From the NCBI GenBank assembly GCA_035084275.1, contig CM068771.1:558001-622000 (forward strand): a DNA stretch of 64,000 nucleotides, written 5' to 3'. Of this stretch, positions 1 through 12,230 are shown piece after piece (within the stretch, counting starts at the first letter, position 1; every line of letters begins with the position of its first letter). Source of the stretch: Hydrolagus colliei (Eukaryota). The position numbers and the translations under genes were made by a program. Under the pieces are notes generated by a model. The model saw nothing but the letters and a program-made list of their open reading frames with translations. It was not told where the DNA came from and did not search any database.

Positions 1-314
1 GCCACCTGGCTCCAATGTAAATTAATGGTAGATCTGGCTGTACATCATCAAAGACACCCACTCCCTTAAATCCTGCTTCAACTCCAACACAATATGGAAT
101 ACTAAGGACAAGACCAGGATCTTTTACGTTACCATCTAGCTTCCCTGTCTACTCTTTCATGCCTCGCCCACTCGCTAATAAAAACAACCAGAAAGAAATA
201 ATGATTTCTTGGACACCCAAAACAACGAATAGCTTAACTGCCTTTGCACTTCAAAACACCTAGATTCAAGCCCATTGCGCCCTCACACATGGGGCCGTAT
301 CCATTCGTCACCAT

Positions 315-640
315 GGAGCTCCTGTGGCTCAGTGGTTAGAGCACTCATCTTACAATTGTAACACCTGTGTTCGAATCCAGGCATCTCAACGCGAAACCTA
401 AGGCAAGTTTCCTTGCTCCTAATCCCTAATAATACTCCCACCAAAAAAATACAATGTTAAAATTGATCATGTTATTCCACCATTTGTTTAACACTACTGT
501 GCGCAATTGGTTATTGTGTTTTGCACACAAACACAGTCAATTCACTTTACAGTATTTCTATGCAGCGCTTTAAGACCTCTTCCCAAAGAAGACGTAAAAA
601 GTACTACAACAAACTCAAGGATTATTATATTATATTATCT
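315..640 (+). mobile_element. tRNA-derived SINE with L2-type 3' region (paralog at ~28354-28680)
   Basis: A-box TGGCTCAGTGG and B-box GTTCGAATCC, Val-like TAC loop, then the body ctgtgcgcaattgg...aattcactttacagta...gcgcttt that recurs across the window. Confidence 0.75.
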
Positions 641-1299
641 TCATAGATTAAAATTCCTCTCTCACCAATATTACAACACACATGGAACAACCATCTCCTC
701 AGTCAACCCCTTCTTATCCGCTGCCATCTAGTCACAAAACAACACGAACATCACCCTGACCAATGCTCTGCTCTAATTAGGCTTCCCTGTGCCAACTCCG
801 TTCTTATTGGTCATTGTAACTCTCATCTCTGCAAGACGCAGATTATACAGTATTCTGCAATTTGTGTGTTTTGCCACTTGAAGCTCTGTGACCCAATTAG
901 CTCCAACCTCTCCTGCCTCCACTGCCTCCCATCTCCCACTGGATCTGTTAAATTACAAAACGTTGTTCCCAGGCTTTGGAACGTGCTGTAATTAAAAAGT
1001 TTAATTTCAGCATCCTATGGATCCTTTTTCTTAATTGTACAGTACATAAAACCTCAGATTGCTCAGATGTCTTAAGCTTTATTGAACATCAAAGATCTGC
1101 ATTGAGCGAAAGATATCTAACTTCACAAACTGGTTGTCAAACAATACCAGACATTTTCAAACAGCTTTTTATTCAGTGTAAAAGTTATTGTTTCAAAGAG
1201 ATACCGGGCCATTTAATAACCATCTAAGATAGCGCAGACCTGTGTGTGTGTGTAATGTTGTGTAGACCAACGAGAGCAGCCCAGCTAAACATGGTTGTG

Positions 1300-2189
1300 T
1301 TAATGTCCCTGTAAGCGAGTGATGGGATAAATGAAGATGGATTTCAGTCGCTGCCTGAATTGGGTCTGAGTCACACCATAGATGACGGTGTTGGAGCAGG
1401 AGCTGAGGTACTGCAGCATGTAACCCACGTGCTCAGCGATGGTGAAAGGGCTGCTGTAGTCAAACTGCATCAGTTTGGCCTCTGTGCTCCTTGCATAACA
1501 GAAGGTGACGAAGTAGGTGAGCCACAGCAACACAAATGTCCCCGAGATGGTAAAGAGCAGGATAATGGATTTCTTTCGACTCTCCATCTCCTTGTCCGTC
1601 CCCTTCACTGATCCACGCAGATGCTGACGCACAACGCTGGCCACTAGAACATGCCTGATGGTCAGAGAGTTGAAGAGGAGGATGACGATGAAGGGAAGAA
1701 TCGGATTTACAATCATATGAATAACGTAAAACGCCTTCCAGCCAATAGCAGATCTATAGCTGGGCTTGATGCTGCAGAACCAGGGGTGTCCATTGATCAT
1801 CATCAGCGGTTGGAACATAAAATAAAAGGGGATATTTTTTGCGCTTAAAAATGCACAGATTGTCCAGATCACCAGTCCCGCTATCCTCTCAGTGCAGTAT
1901 TGGGGTTTGAGCTTTGGGCAGCAGATGGCAATGAAGCGGTCAAAGGTGAAGGCCATGGTCAGCCAGACAGAGGTTTCCATGATGACCAGGCGCAGTGGAA
2001 GGTGCACTCGGCACACGGGGGTCCGGAAAAAGGGCGAGTACGACAGGTGGAGCTGAAATGTCTTCCTCAGAATCACACCAATGAATATGACCAGCAGATC
2101 AGCAACAGCCATTGCGACCAGATAGCGGGTGACACATTTGGAGAGTCCACACTTTCCCTGAGACAGGACCACAATGGTCACCACGATTG
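1300..2189 (-). CDS. G1 exon 2: class A orphan GPCR, GPR139/GPR142-like (TM1 end to C-terminus); full gene 317 aa
   Basis: Acceptor ttccaacag ends at 2190; phase-1 join gives GFP-A-IVVTIVVLSQGKCGLS. Motifs MAVADLL, FTFDRFIAICCP, WLTY, NTVIY; intact ORF to TAA. AATAAA at 1168-1173 (-). Confidence 0.93.
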
Positions 2190-2459
2190 CTGTTGGAAAG
2201 TCACAAAAACAATCATAGATTTCACTATCTCATGCCTGATTGTGCATGTAAGGTAATATCGCTAAGCCATTGACCTGCACGCAAATCAAGCCAGCGAATT
2301 TCGCTTCCAAGTGAGCTTTGTAACCATCTTTACTCTCTGTCCATCACCCCCTTCCTCTCCGGCTTTGCTTCAGAAATGCAATGACCACAATTCCCTCTGC
2401 CTGCACTTTGGATTGTGTTATCGAGCCTCCCCTATTTGAATGCATGTGGGCTGACAATG

Positions 2460-2900
2460 TCTCAGTGATTGCTCTTCTCCGAGTCTCAGATTGAGCCTGT
2501 GGCTGCAGCACCTGATGCAACCCCTAAAAATACTTTCCCTCTCCAACTCCCTGCACTGTGTTGCTCCAACTCAATCAATGTCTCCTACCAATTTCCACAT
2601 TTTCTCACCCAACTGTTCTCACAGCAGCCCTATGTTCCCTCCTTGGAATCCTCCACTGAACTGATTTTGGCAAATGCTGCTGGTTGTCCATCATCGACTC
2701 CCATCCTCAATGTCCTACACTTTCCTCTCCGAAATCTCCACCATCCCGTTTCCTTCTGCATGCTGATCTGAACTCGTCATAATCTTGGATGACTTTAACC
2801 ACAAATCTCTGGCATTCGGTCATCCTTGACACACTAGTCCCTGTCAACTCCCACACCAATACATACTGATACATGTAACCCTGTAACTCTACTCCCTCAA
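2460..2900 (+). mobile_element. Degraded L2 LINE endonuclease fragment in the G1 intron (homologs in the G2 and G3 introns)
   Basis: Translates to an ...LVIILDDFNH-like motif; the inverted homolog lies at ~15900-16620. Confidence 0.5.
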
Positions 2901-3299
2901 ATCTCAGATGCTGTCCGAATACAGTCCCATTTCAATGCTTCCTATTCTTTCCAAATTAATGGATTGGGATGTTGTTTGCCAACTTTACCTTTCCTCTCCT
3001 AGCTTTACCCTGCAACCACTTCAATTTGGGGTTTTGTATTGTTCCTAAAATAGAGTCAGCCCTGGTCAAGCTAAATAAAATGACAATCTGTGCAACTATG
3101 ACCATGGCCTGTCTCTGTCTCAAAATTCTTCTCAATCTCTGGGCTGCTTTCCATAACATTCACCAGTCTATTCTTCTTCACTCACCACTTCTGACCAGTT
3201 TATACCTGCCTACCTGCCTGCCTACCTGCTTGCCTGCCTGCCTAATTTCATTCAACTGGTTCAACTGGTAATGAGGAGTTTGAGATACAAATAACAATA

Positions 3300-3640
3300 G
3301 CAGTAATCCTTGCATTCATCAAAATATATCAAAGTGCTTCATGTAACATATTGTAAAGTGAATTGACTGTGAACATTTTGGGAGCAAAGTCAGAAGCCAA
3401 TTGACATAGAGTTGACACATCAAAATTTGTGGATTTAGTCAACAAATGCTTAGTGTGCTGTTAGTTGTGAAGGAAAGATTATACCCAGAGAAGCGATCCA
3501 CCAATCGACCTACAACTGGGTTCTTACCTACAAAGAGAAGATTGAGAAGTGAGTAAAATTTCTCAATGGTCTGCCTTGACTGGGAATCGATCCCAGGTCC
3601 TTCACTTGTGAGGAGTGTTCTAACCAGAGAGCGACAGGAC
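3300..3640 (-). mobile_element. tRNA-derived SINE
   Basis: Minus strand tcctgtcgctctctggttagaacactcctcacaagtgaaggacctgggatcgattcc head, followed by the SINE body and tail. Confidence 0.65.
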
Positions 3641-3815
3641 TTCACAACCCGCTCCTGCATCGCTCATTCTAAATACTCCTGGTTCTTTTTCAAAAGTAAT
3701 TCAATGTGGAACGTCAGATTACCTCCATTCGCCTTAGCTTACGATCCAGGACAGTGGCAGAGTGTGTGATCTTATCAATTATGAATTATTGTTGAATCTA
3801 TCAGAGAATCTAATG

Positions 3816-3993
3816 CAACTTTTAAAAGGGAATTAGATCTTTATTTAGGGAGAACAGGTCTATTAGGCTATGGGGAGCGGGCAGGGCAGTGGGATTGAAT
3901 CACTCTTTTCAAGGAGCCGGCACAGACTAGATGGGCCGAATGGCCTCCTTTTGTGCCGTAAACGTCTATGAATCTATGAATCTATGAATCTAT
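3816..3993 (+). mobile_element. 5'-truncated CR1 3' end (~178 bp), present only in duplication copy A
   Basis: Matches the 3' end of the CR1 at 9645-10605 and ends in (CTATGAAT)n. Absent at 31861-31885; the copy offset changes from 28061 to 27883. Confidence 0.9.
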
Positions 3994-4303
3994 AAACTCC
4001 GCTGCCAAATCGCAGCTTTTGTCTATTTGCCATTCACAGTACCTTGCGGAATATACAGATATGGTTCCTGAGAGAAGGAGACCAAAATTGGATATTGCGT
4101 TTCATGGTAAAATTCTATTTGGTGATGTTCCTTTATGCTGTCATTCACTTTCGTTCCTTAACTTGAAACTTGTCGTCCTCACATTGGTGAACAGAGAAGT
4201 TTACTTTCTAGGAAAAAGAAGCACCATTTTTGGGTGCACACTTGTTTGAGTGGAGGAATGGCACACACAGCTGTACACAACTGAACCACTTTCAACAACA
4301 TAC

Positions 4304-4367
4304 CAGGAAAGCCAATGATTCCCAACGTAGGGTAAAACACCTTTTCTATTTCTATTATTCCCATCAT
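4304..4367 (-). CDS. G1 exon 1 (MMGIIEIEKVFYPTLGIIGFP + phase-1 G)
   Basis: ATG at 4367, donor G|GTATGT at 4303. The 64 nt join in frame to exon 2 (954 nt total). Same exon in G2 and G3. Confidence 0.9.
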
Positions 4368-4447
4368 TGGCAAAGCTTTTCTGTTTTCTGCTGACACTGT
4401 TCCGCAGCTGAAGAATTTGAACCTACTCCCATCTGTTCAGAACTTTC

Positions 4448-4494
4448 CTTTTTATATCTGGGAGTCAGCTCTGAAGGGACTGTCATTGCGCAAG
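4448..4494 (-). promoter_or_regulatory. G1 core promoter: C/EBP site (TTGCGCAAT), GCTGACTC AP-1/MARE-like half site, TATAAAAAG
   Basis: Motifs read directly; TATA about 80 nt upstream of the ATG; same order and spacing in G2, G3 and the orphan copy. Confidence 0.7.
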
Positions 4495-5349
4495 TGATAA
4501 ATTAGCCGATCAACCAACTGTGACAAAGCAGCTCACGCCCTTCTGCACCAAATGCATCTTTTGTGAATAGTAAGGATAATCACACAAAAAAAAAAAGTGT
4601 ATTAAAACATTTTGGTCATGACTGTGCATTCGTGAATCCCATTTTTAAAAAATTAATCAATTTCAATCAATTGAAAAGAGAAAACAGATAGAGTTGTCTG
4701 TGTATAACAACGCTTTAACTTAGGACTGGTCTCCTAATTCAGAACTGTTGATAGAACGCTGCTGTGCACGATTAGCAGCCACATATTCCCCTAACAAATA
4801 TATGGTAAAGTGACTTTACAGTGAAGTCTGTGAAGTGTTTTGGTGAATGTCACCATGATGTAGGTCCTCTGGTTTGGCTCCCACAAGTGCCTCCATAACT
4901 TGGGCGGTGACCATATTTCCCTCCTCCATGGCTCTTACTACAGAGTAGAGTCAATACAGAAGTTCAGCAAGTTGGTTGACCTCAGATGTCCTTCACATCC
5001 TGCATTCATGCCAAGACTCACTCTACATTTCACCACCTCTGCAACATTCCTTGGCTCAGCTAGTGTCTTAAAAGACAGGCTGGAATGATTTTCATACAAT
5101 AAAACCAATAACAAAATATGAGGAAAGATAATTTGCAGCCTCGATCGCTGACAGGCCTCCGCTATTGTTCCACATATAGATGGCAGATCATGCAGTACAT
5201 TGCAGCCAAAGTCTTCTCCTGCACAGGACTCCATGAACCGATTAACACTTTATTCTCACCCGATTCCACTGGCTGCCCTATAAGCAACAACAGCAAACAC
5301 AACAACCACAAAATTACATTTTTTTTGTGGAGTATCGTTCAAATAGGGA

Positions 5350-5990
5350 GGACATCCCAATGCGTTGAACATTCAGGGCTCAGGGACATGAGCGTGTGTG
5401 GGTGGTTGGGGGCAGGATTGGGATGAGGTTGGGTAGAGAGGTAGAATGCTAACTGAAGGAATGGAAGAAAAGGAGTTTCCTCAGACAGGCCTTGAAAGAG
5501 GCAAGGGATGGAGGAGAGTGAATAGATTGTTGGAATGGAGTTCCAAAGGGGCAGAAAGACTGAAAACATGTCTACCAATGATAGGGTGTGTTGGGCAGGA
5601 GACATGGAGCAGGCTTGCTAAATGGAGGGAGTATACAGATTGTTAAAGAGTGAGTAGGTCAGAGAGGCAGGAGGCGGCAAGGCCATGGAGGGACTTGGGA
5701 GTGAAGAGAAGGATCTTGAATTTGATGGGGAGCCAGTGGATCCGGGTGAGTGTTGGGGTGATCCAGTAGTGGAGAATTGTGCGGGATAGGACAAGAGTGG
5801 CTGATTTTTGGGTGAATTGCAGCTTGTGGGGGATAACATTGGGATGGCCAACAAAGAGGGAGGTGACAAATATATGCGTATGTATTTCAGCAACCTGAGA
5901 GGCGAGGCAGTGATGGAGAAGGCCGATATTCCGAAGGTGGTGGAAGATGGTGTTACACATGCCATGGATATCTTACATTCAAACAAGACA
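5350..5990 (-). mobile_element. L2 LINE 3' fragment
   Basis: ORF 5643-5960 (HITPTL..IHWLPIKFKILL..KSLHGLAASCLSDLL) is typical of the L2 ORF2 C-terminus. Confidence 0.8.
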
Positions 5991-6549
5991 CGCAGGTTCC
6001 TGAAATGTTTGTTTAGGTGGAGTGTTCATCCATGGATGCTGATGCTGTTGATGCATGTTGGGCAGAGGCACTAACACGTGCCAATCAGTTAGGCCTCGGT
6101 TTGGCTGGCACTAAGCCGTAGAAAGTTGTTTTTCTTCCAGGATGCAATGTCGTTGATGCCGACGAATATGGCAAGAGCTGGTGCAGAGGCTGGAAGGGAA
6201 ACCACTCTTTCTGGAAACAAGCATCGTTTGCCTGACAAGATGCATTCATTAAGATGGGGGAATCTATTGGAGCGTTTCTGAGGGAACTGCCGTGATATAT
6301 TCATCTTTGCAACTGAGTTAATAAGCCAATACCAACTTGCTTTCAGAGTACGATGTTGCAAATCTTCACCAGTCTGCCCCATATAATTACTCTATAACAG
6401 GGTTTTGTTTGCAAGTCCAAAAAGAACCAAATGAAAAAAACTTCCTATCTGAGTAATAGTCCAAGGCCTGCTAATGAGCTGAGTGTGACTGACTTTTCTG
6501 TCATCAGCATTGCCATATGTTACTCATTCAATACTATCATGATATTATA

Positions 6550-7350
6550 TTAGATAAATGATAAAGTGATGTTACTGGAGTGCTTTACAATTGAAAATTT
6601 CAATGGTATAGCATCGGTAAAATTGGGAGAACTTGACAGGTAGGGAGTTAGACCCTAGGTGAGGTACAGAATCGGGGAGGGCGGAAAGCAGGGACAGTAG
6701 GAGGGTGGCTGAAGGCTTGTTCGAAATGGAGGATTTACCATTGAGTTCCGTCTTGCACGTGTTAAGGGAGCTAAGTGAGCAAATGAGGCAAAGGGGACGT
6801 GTACTCTGGTATGGAGGAAGGAATGCATAAGGGCCAGCATATGAGGGCAAGATTGTGGAGAGGCAATATATGGAATTGCAGAGGCAGTTAAGCTATCCCC
6901 TCAATTTTGGATTCGAGGAAGTCCAAGGTCTCCTTGCAGTTGGTGTTGGTGGAGTAAATGAGCGAGGCAAAGCATGGTAGGTGGAGAAGCTGGTTCGTAA
7001 TGGTGTAGAGCCTGGTGTAGTTCTTGCCTCCAAGATTTTGTTGGATTTGAAGGACTATTTAGTGGAGTATGAATATTGATGATGTCTAGCCAGACCTGGC
7101 AATTGACCATTAACTTAGGTTTTTAGCCAGGTGACATGCACCTGATTGTTGAAGGAGCAATGGATGCTAGTTTTCGAAGTTGAATTCTGTGAGGAGCAAG
7201 CAGTTTGAGAGGTGCAGGCGGTATGGGCGTCGAGGATGGTGAAGAACGTTTTTGGGTGTATTAATTGAGGAGGTGATATTATTACAACAGGAAGCCCAGA
7301 TGGGCAGGTATTCAACTGACTTGAAGATATTTTCCATGGATGTTAGGGGA
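6550..7350 (-). mobile_element. Degraded L2 ORF2 (EN-RT linker)
   Basis: Minus-strand translation gives LYTITNQLLHLP...CKETLDFLESKIEG, resembling the L2 linker. Confidence 0.5.
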
Positions 7351-8129
7351 TGGATGTCGTACCCCATATGACACAATGTACTATACAATAAACCATATAA
7401 TTTAAATCTATTCTATTTTCATTTGTTCCAAGTAGTCTAAATTTCCGAGTCTCTATAAGTTACTGTATGACATCTCAAGTTGTATTCCACGTGTTTGTGG
7501 TATCAAGGCTCTCCAAGACATTGTTATTTTCCAGTTATACACAGCATTTTATTTATGAATTAGAAGAAATAACGGAAGACAGAGAGATTAGTGGAATATA
7601 CAAAATATTGCAAAATATCAATAGATAAAGCTAACATATAAATTCTTCACAAGCATTGTAATAGAAATTCCAAATGCGGATTCAAGATGATTTGTAAACA
7701 CACCACAAAACGATGGACCATCGTTTTCTTGCTGAAGCTTCCTGCTGACCGAGGGTTGCTTAGAAATTTTCCTGTTTATATTATCATTGATTCTGATCCT
7801 CAGATTACTTAATTCCTTTAATTCCCATCTATGTATCTGGCATGGCATAGATGTTTATTATTTCTGGGGCAATCCACACTTCCTCCACCATCGCTTTTTG
7901 GTATGCTTTGACTAACTCTCTAAATAGATGAGAAGAATAAATGACCAGTGTGGCAGAGAATGCGGCTGAATATGCTTTTTCTTGTGGAGGTTAGAACACC
8001 TCACAGTTTTGGGAGGTAATTAGTTGTACTAAAAACATGAATGATCTGGATTGAGTGAATGATATCTAATCTACAAAATATTTTGAGAAATGATAACGCG
8101 ACATTCCAACTCGAACAATTACTATACAA

Positions 8130-9462
8130 TGTAGTATATGCACATAGATACCAACGGCATTGGTAGAATTGGCCCCGATGAATTGAGGAGGGAGTTTGAG
8201 GAAGGAGTTTCAAGAGGTGTGGTCAAAATTAAAGTAAAAATCATCGAAACTAGTGATATTGGGACGACTACCTGTGCCATATGACAATTGGTACAGGAAC
8301 AAAGAGATTAAGGACCTGAATGCACAGTTGAAAGAGTGGTGCGGAAATCAGGGGTTTCTTTTGATGCGCCATTGGCACGAGTTTTGGAGGAAAAGGGAGC
8401 TCTTCCACAGAGATGGGCTCCATTTCAATCGGGCTGAGTCAAATGTACTAGGCAAACAAATTAATGGGGAAGTAAACAGGAATTTAAACTAGGTAAGGTT
8501 GGGGGGTGGTGGGGGAGGGAATATAACTAGGAGAAATCATAAATTAGCATTAGAAAAAGTAAAGATGACAGCGCAGGATAGCATGCCAGATAATAAGGAT
8601 ATGTTAACTAGGGGTAAAAAGCTTGGCAAAGCAAATAGGGAATCAGAGATTAGGGGAAATGGTAGGAAATTAAAAATGTTATATCTGAATGCTGCGAAGC
8701 ATTCGGAATAAAACGGATGAATTAACGGCACAATTAGACACATATGGGTACGATTTAGTAGCCATCACTAAAACATGGCTACTGGGAGATCGAGGGTGGG
8801 AGTTAAATATCCCAGGGTTTTCAGTTTATAGAATGGATAGGCAATGTGGGAAACGAGGTGAGTGGGGGTTGAGGGGCGGGTGGTAGCCCTGTTAATTAGG
8901 GATGAAATAAAAGCAGTAGAGAGGAAGGATCTGAAATTCGATAACGAGGAGGTAGAGTCAATATAGTGAAAATAAAAACAATAAGGGGTAGAAAATATTA
9001 CTGGGAGTGGTTTACAGACCCCCAAATAGTGATCACAATATAGCACAAGATTTTAATCAAGATATCAGAGGAGCATGTAGGAAAGGTAAAGCAATAATAG
9101 TGGGTGATTTCAATCTTCACATAGATCGGGAAAACCAAATTGGGAAAAGTAGGTTACAGGAAGAGTTCATTGAGTGTATGAGAGATAGGAACCAACTAGG
9201 GGACAGGCCATCCTAGACCTTGTTTTGTGAAACAGAGCTAGTCGGCAATGTAGATTTTAAATCTCCTCTAGGGCAGAGTAATCACAACATGATTGAATTT
9301 TGTATTAAGTTAGAGAGGGATATAGTTAAATCTGAGGCAACTATTTTGAATTTAAATAAGGCTAATTTTGTAGGTATAAGGAAAGATCTGGGTAAAATAG
9401 ACTGGAGTATCAGTTTAGGAGGTAGAACAGTAGACCAACAGTGGCAAATATTTAATGATGTA
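8130..9462 (+). mobile_element. CR1 LINE internal/5' part: ORF1 SGNH-esterase region plus ORF2 endonuclease, frameshifted and 3' truncated
   Basis: HIDTNGIGR, LFHRDGLHFN (ORF1); RSIRNKTDEL, VYRPPNS, IIVGDFN, SNHNMIEF (APE endonuclease). Confidence 0.9.
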
Positions 9463-9644
9463 CAGTAAAAGCCCATTTATTCATCACCCTCGGGACCTGG
9501 CCAATGCCGGTTAAAGTGTGTGCCAGATATTTAGCCGAAAACATTAAAAAATATTAGGGAATGGGGAGCCAATGGAGCTGGGCAAGAGTGGAGAGTGATG
9601 TGGTCGTGGAGCTTGTTGTGGGTGAGGACATAAACTACAGAGTT
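9463..9644 (+). mobile_element. Terminal fragment of a Tc1/mariner (pogo/Tigger-like) DNA transposon
   Basis: TA followed by CAGTAAAAGCCCATTTAT(CCGGCAC) interrupts the CR1; the cleaner copy is at 37369. No second end was found. Confidence 0.55.
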
Positions 9645-10605
9645 TATTCATAGATTCATAGATTCATAGAATTTTACAGCACAAAAGGAGGCCATTCGGC
9701 CCATCTAGTCTGTGCCGGCTTTTTGAAAAGAACGATTCAATCCCACCGCCCCGCCCGCTCCCCATAGCCCAACAGACCTGTTCTCCCTAAATAAAGATCT
9801 AATTCCCCTTTAAAAGTTGTTATCGAATCAGCCTCCACCACCTTTTCAGGCAATGCATTGCAGATTCGAACAACTCGCTGAGTGAAAAAAATTCTCCTTA
9901 GCTCCCCTCTACTTCGCCTTGAAACTATTTTAAATCTGTGACCACGAGTCACAGATTCGCCTACGAGTGGAAATAGTTTTTCTCTATTTGCCCTGTCGAA
10001 ACCCCTCATGATCTTATAAACCTCTATTAGGTCTCCCTTCAATCTTCTCTGCTCCAGAGAGAATAACCCTAGCCTATCTAGCCTCTCCTCATAGCTGAAG
10101 TCCCTCAATCCTGGCACCATCCTAGTAAATCTTCGTTGTACCCTTTCCAATGTCTTCACATCCTTTCTGTAGTGTGGTGACCAGAATTGAACACAGTATT
10201 CCAGCTGAGGCCTCACCAAAGTCTTATAGAGGTTAGTCAGCACTTCCTGACTTTTGTATTCTATACCCCTATTTATAAAGCCTAGTATCCCGTATGCCTT
10301 TTTAGCAGCCTTGTCTACCTGTCCTGCCACCTTCAACGAGTCACTAACACAAATCCCCAGGTCTCTCTGTTCCTTCACACCATTTAAAATTGTACTATCA
10401 AGCCTATATTGCCGCCCACCATTTTTTCTCCCAAAATGCATCACCTCACACTTCTCTGCATTAAACTTCATCTGCCATGTGTCTGCCCACTTTACCAATT
10501 TATCTATATCCTCTTGCAGATGGCTACTATCCTCCTCACTATTTACTATTCTCCCTAACTTAGTGTCATCTGCAAACTTGGAAACTGTACTCCCTACACC
10601 CAAGA
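9645..10605 (-). mobile_element. Young 5'-truncated CR1 LINE (RT C-terminus, 3' UTR, (CTATGAAT)n tail)
   Basis: Uninterrupted 288 aa ORF 9737-10603 (SKFADDTKLG...RPQLEYCVQFWSP...); tail tagattcatagattcata at ~9650-9670. Confidence 0.95.
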
Positions 10606-11210
10606 GGGGGAGGGGGACGAGGAAGAGGGGGAAGAGTTAGTGGGGCAGCCAAAGGCTCTCTTGAAGAGGAAGGTCTTGAGACCTGTCTTAAAGGAGGAAA
10701 GGGATGAGGCGAGGGGGGGGGCTGCGGGATGGAGTTTCCAGGCAAACTCCCCGAGTCCTGAACTAACTAAATGAGGAATTAATGAGCGCAATCCTGTGGA
10801 GCCAACATTCCTCCCGAGGGCTCGGAGTCCAGAACAGGAATCCCTGAAACAGGCAAATCAGTGTCACCACAATCACTAATATTATTATTGTCACAATCAC
10901 ACCTCACACACAACAACCACAACACATAACACCACCTCAGGAAACCACCCTCAAGATGCTGGGACTGACACACACACTGTACACACACACACTGTATCCA
11001 CACACACACATGCTGTACCCATACACACTGTACACACACACACTGTACACACACACACACACACACACAGTACACACACACACTGTACCCACACACACTT
11101 TGTAGACACACACACTATACACACACACACACTGTATACACACACACTGCAGACACAAACACTGTACACACACACACACACTGTACCCACACACACACTG
11201 TGGTGATTAC

Positions 11211-11258
11211 CTCAAGTGGATGGGTTGGACGAGTTGTTTGATGAAGTATCGCTATATT
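11211..11258 (-). pseudogene. MHC class I-like remnant 1: cytoplasmic exon (EYSDTSSNNSSNPST*)
   Basis: Flanked by ttttatttag and G|GTAATC; phase compatible with the TM exon; homologous exon at 39382-39438. Confidence 0.65.
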
Positions 11259-11893
11259 CTAAATAAAATAAATCATATGTTACACAGGTTACACACACAC
11301 AGACTGCAGGCTACACACGTACACATAGACTACAGGCTATTCACACACACAAGACACAGACAGCAGGCCAGACACAGGCATTGCACACGATGTACAGGCT
11401 CCAGGCAGAGCTCAGGGTGACAGCCAGACAGTTACAGTCAATGTTCTGGTGTCAGTAACTCACGCTTGGCTGGGGTATAGCCAGGCTTCCCTCCTGCAAC
11501 TGAGAGACACAAGTCTTAGTGATGTCACTGACACACTCCCCCACACACACACACTCCCCACATTCACACTCCTCCCACACTCCCCACATACACACTCTCC
11601 CCCCACACACACACACCCTACACACACACACTCCCCATATGCACACTCCCCCCTACAGACCCCCCCCCCCACATACACACACACTCCCCACATAGACACT
11701 CCCCCCCTACACACACACACCCCCACACACACTCCCCACATACACACTACCCCCCTACACACACAGATCCCCACAGACACAATACCCTCACAGCCCACAC
11801 AAACACTCCCCCACCACCCACACACTCGTTCCTGCACACACACACACTCCTCCACCCCCCCCCCCACCCCCCACACACACATACACAGTTTAC

Positions 11894-12010
11894 CTTTCTT
11901 CTTGTAAATAATGAATCTTCCGACTTTGACCGTGGCCACCAGCAAAACACCAGAGACAACGGCAATAATGACGGTGGTCAGACCCCCCTCGTCTCCTCCA
12001 GCTGGTCCAG
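11894..12010 (-). pseudogene. MHC class I-like remnant 1: connecting peptide/TM exon
   Basis: cacag acceptor and G|GTAAAC donor, 117 nt phase 1-1; GPAGGDEGGLTTVIIAVVSGVLLVATVKVGRFIIYKKKG. Confidence 0.8.
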
Positions 12011-12081
12011 CTGTGAACACAGGAAGGTTACAGCTCCACCATCAGCACCCCCTCCCCTCAGGGTTAATCCTCTCACTACCG

Positions 12082-12230
12082 CCCTCACTCTCTCCCTCCT
12101 CACTCTCTCCCTCCTCACTCTCTCCCTCCTCACTCTCTCCCTCCTCACTCTCTCCCTCCTCACTCTCTCCCTCCTCACTCTGTCCCTCCTCACTCTCTCC
12201 CTCCTCACTCTGTCCCTCCTCACTCACTCT
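12082..12230. repeat. 15-bp minisatellite (CCTCACTCTCTCCCT)n, about 10 copies, intronic
   Basis: Direct reading; explains the spurious SEEGE and RRERV ORFs. Confidence 0.95.

Larger units (their letters stand above)
1..9644. repeat. Segmental duplication copy A (paralog of 28040-37549); left end extends beyond the window
   Basis: Position 1 matches 28040 (gccacctggctccaatg). ORF pairs at constant offsets (507/28546, 1300/29339, 8253/36159, 9282/37188). Shared sequence ends at ...taaactacagagtt (9644/37549). Confidence 0.97.

Noticed and set aside
1360-2256. ORFs antisense to the GPCR exons (also 17546-18079 and 29354-30295)
   Set aside because: Shadow frames of the coding strand, with different breaks in each paralog.
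4368-4397. MSAENRKALP extension upstream of exon 1 (also 32251-32280)
   Set aside because: It starts at GTG, and the equivalent G2 sequence does not encode the same peptide; the shared ATG-ATG is the likely start.
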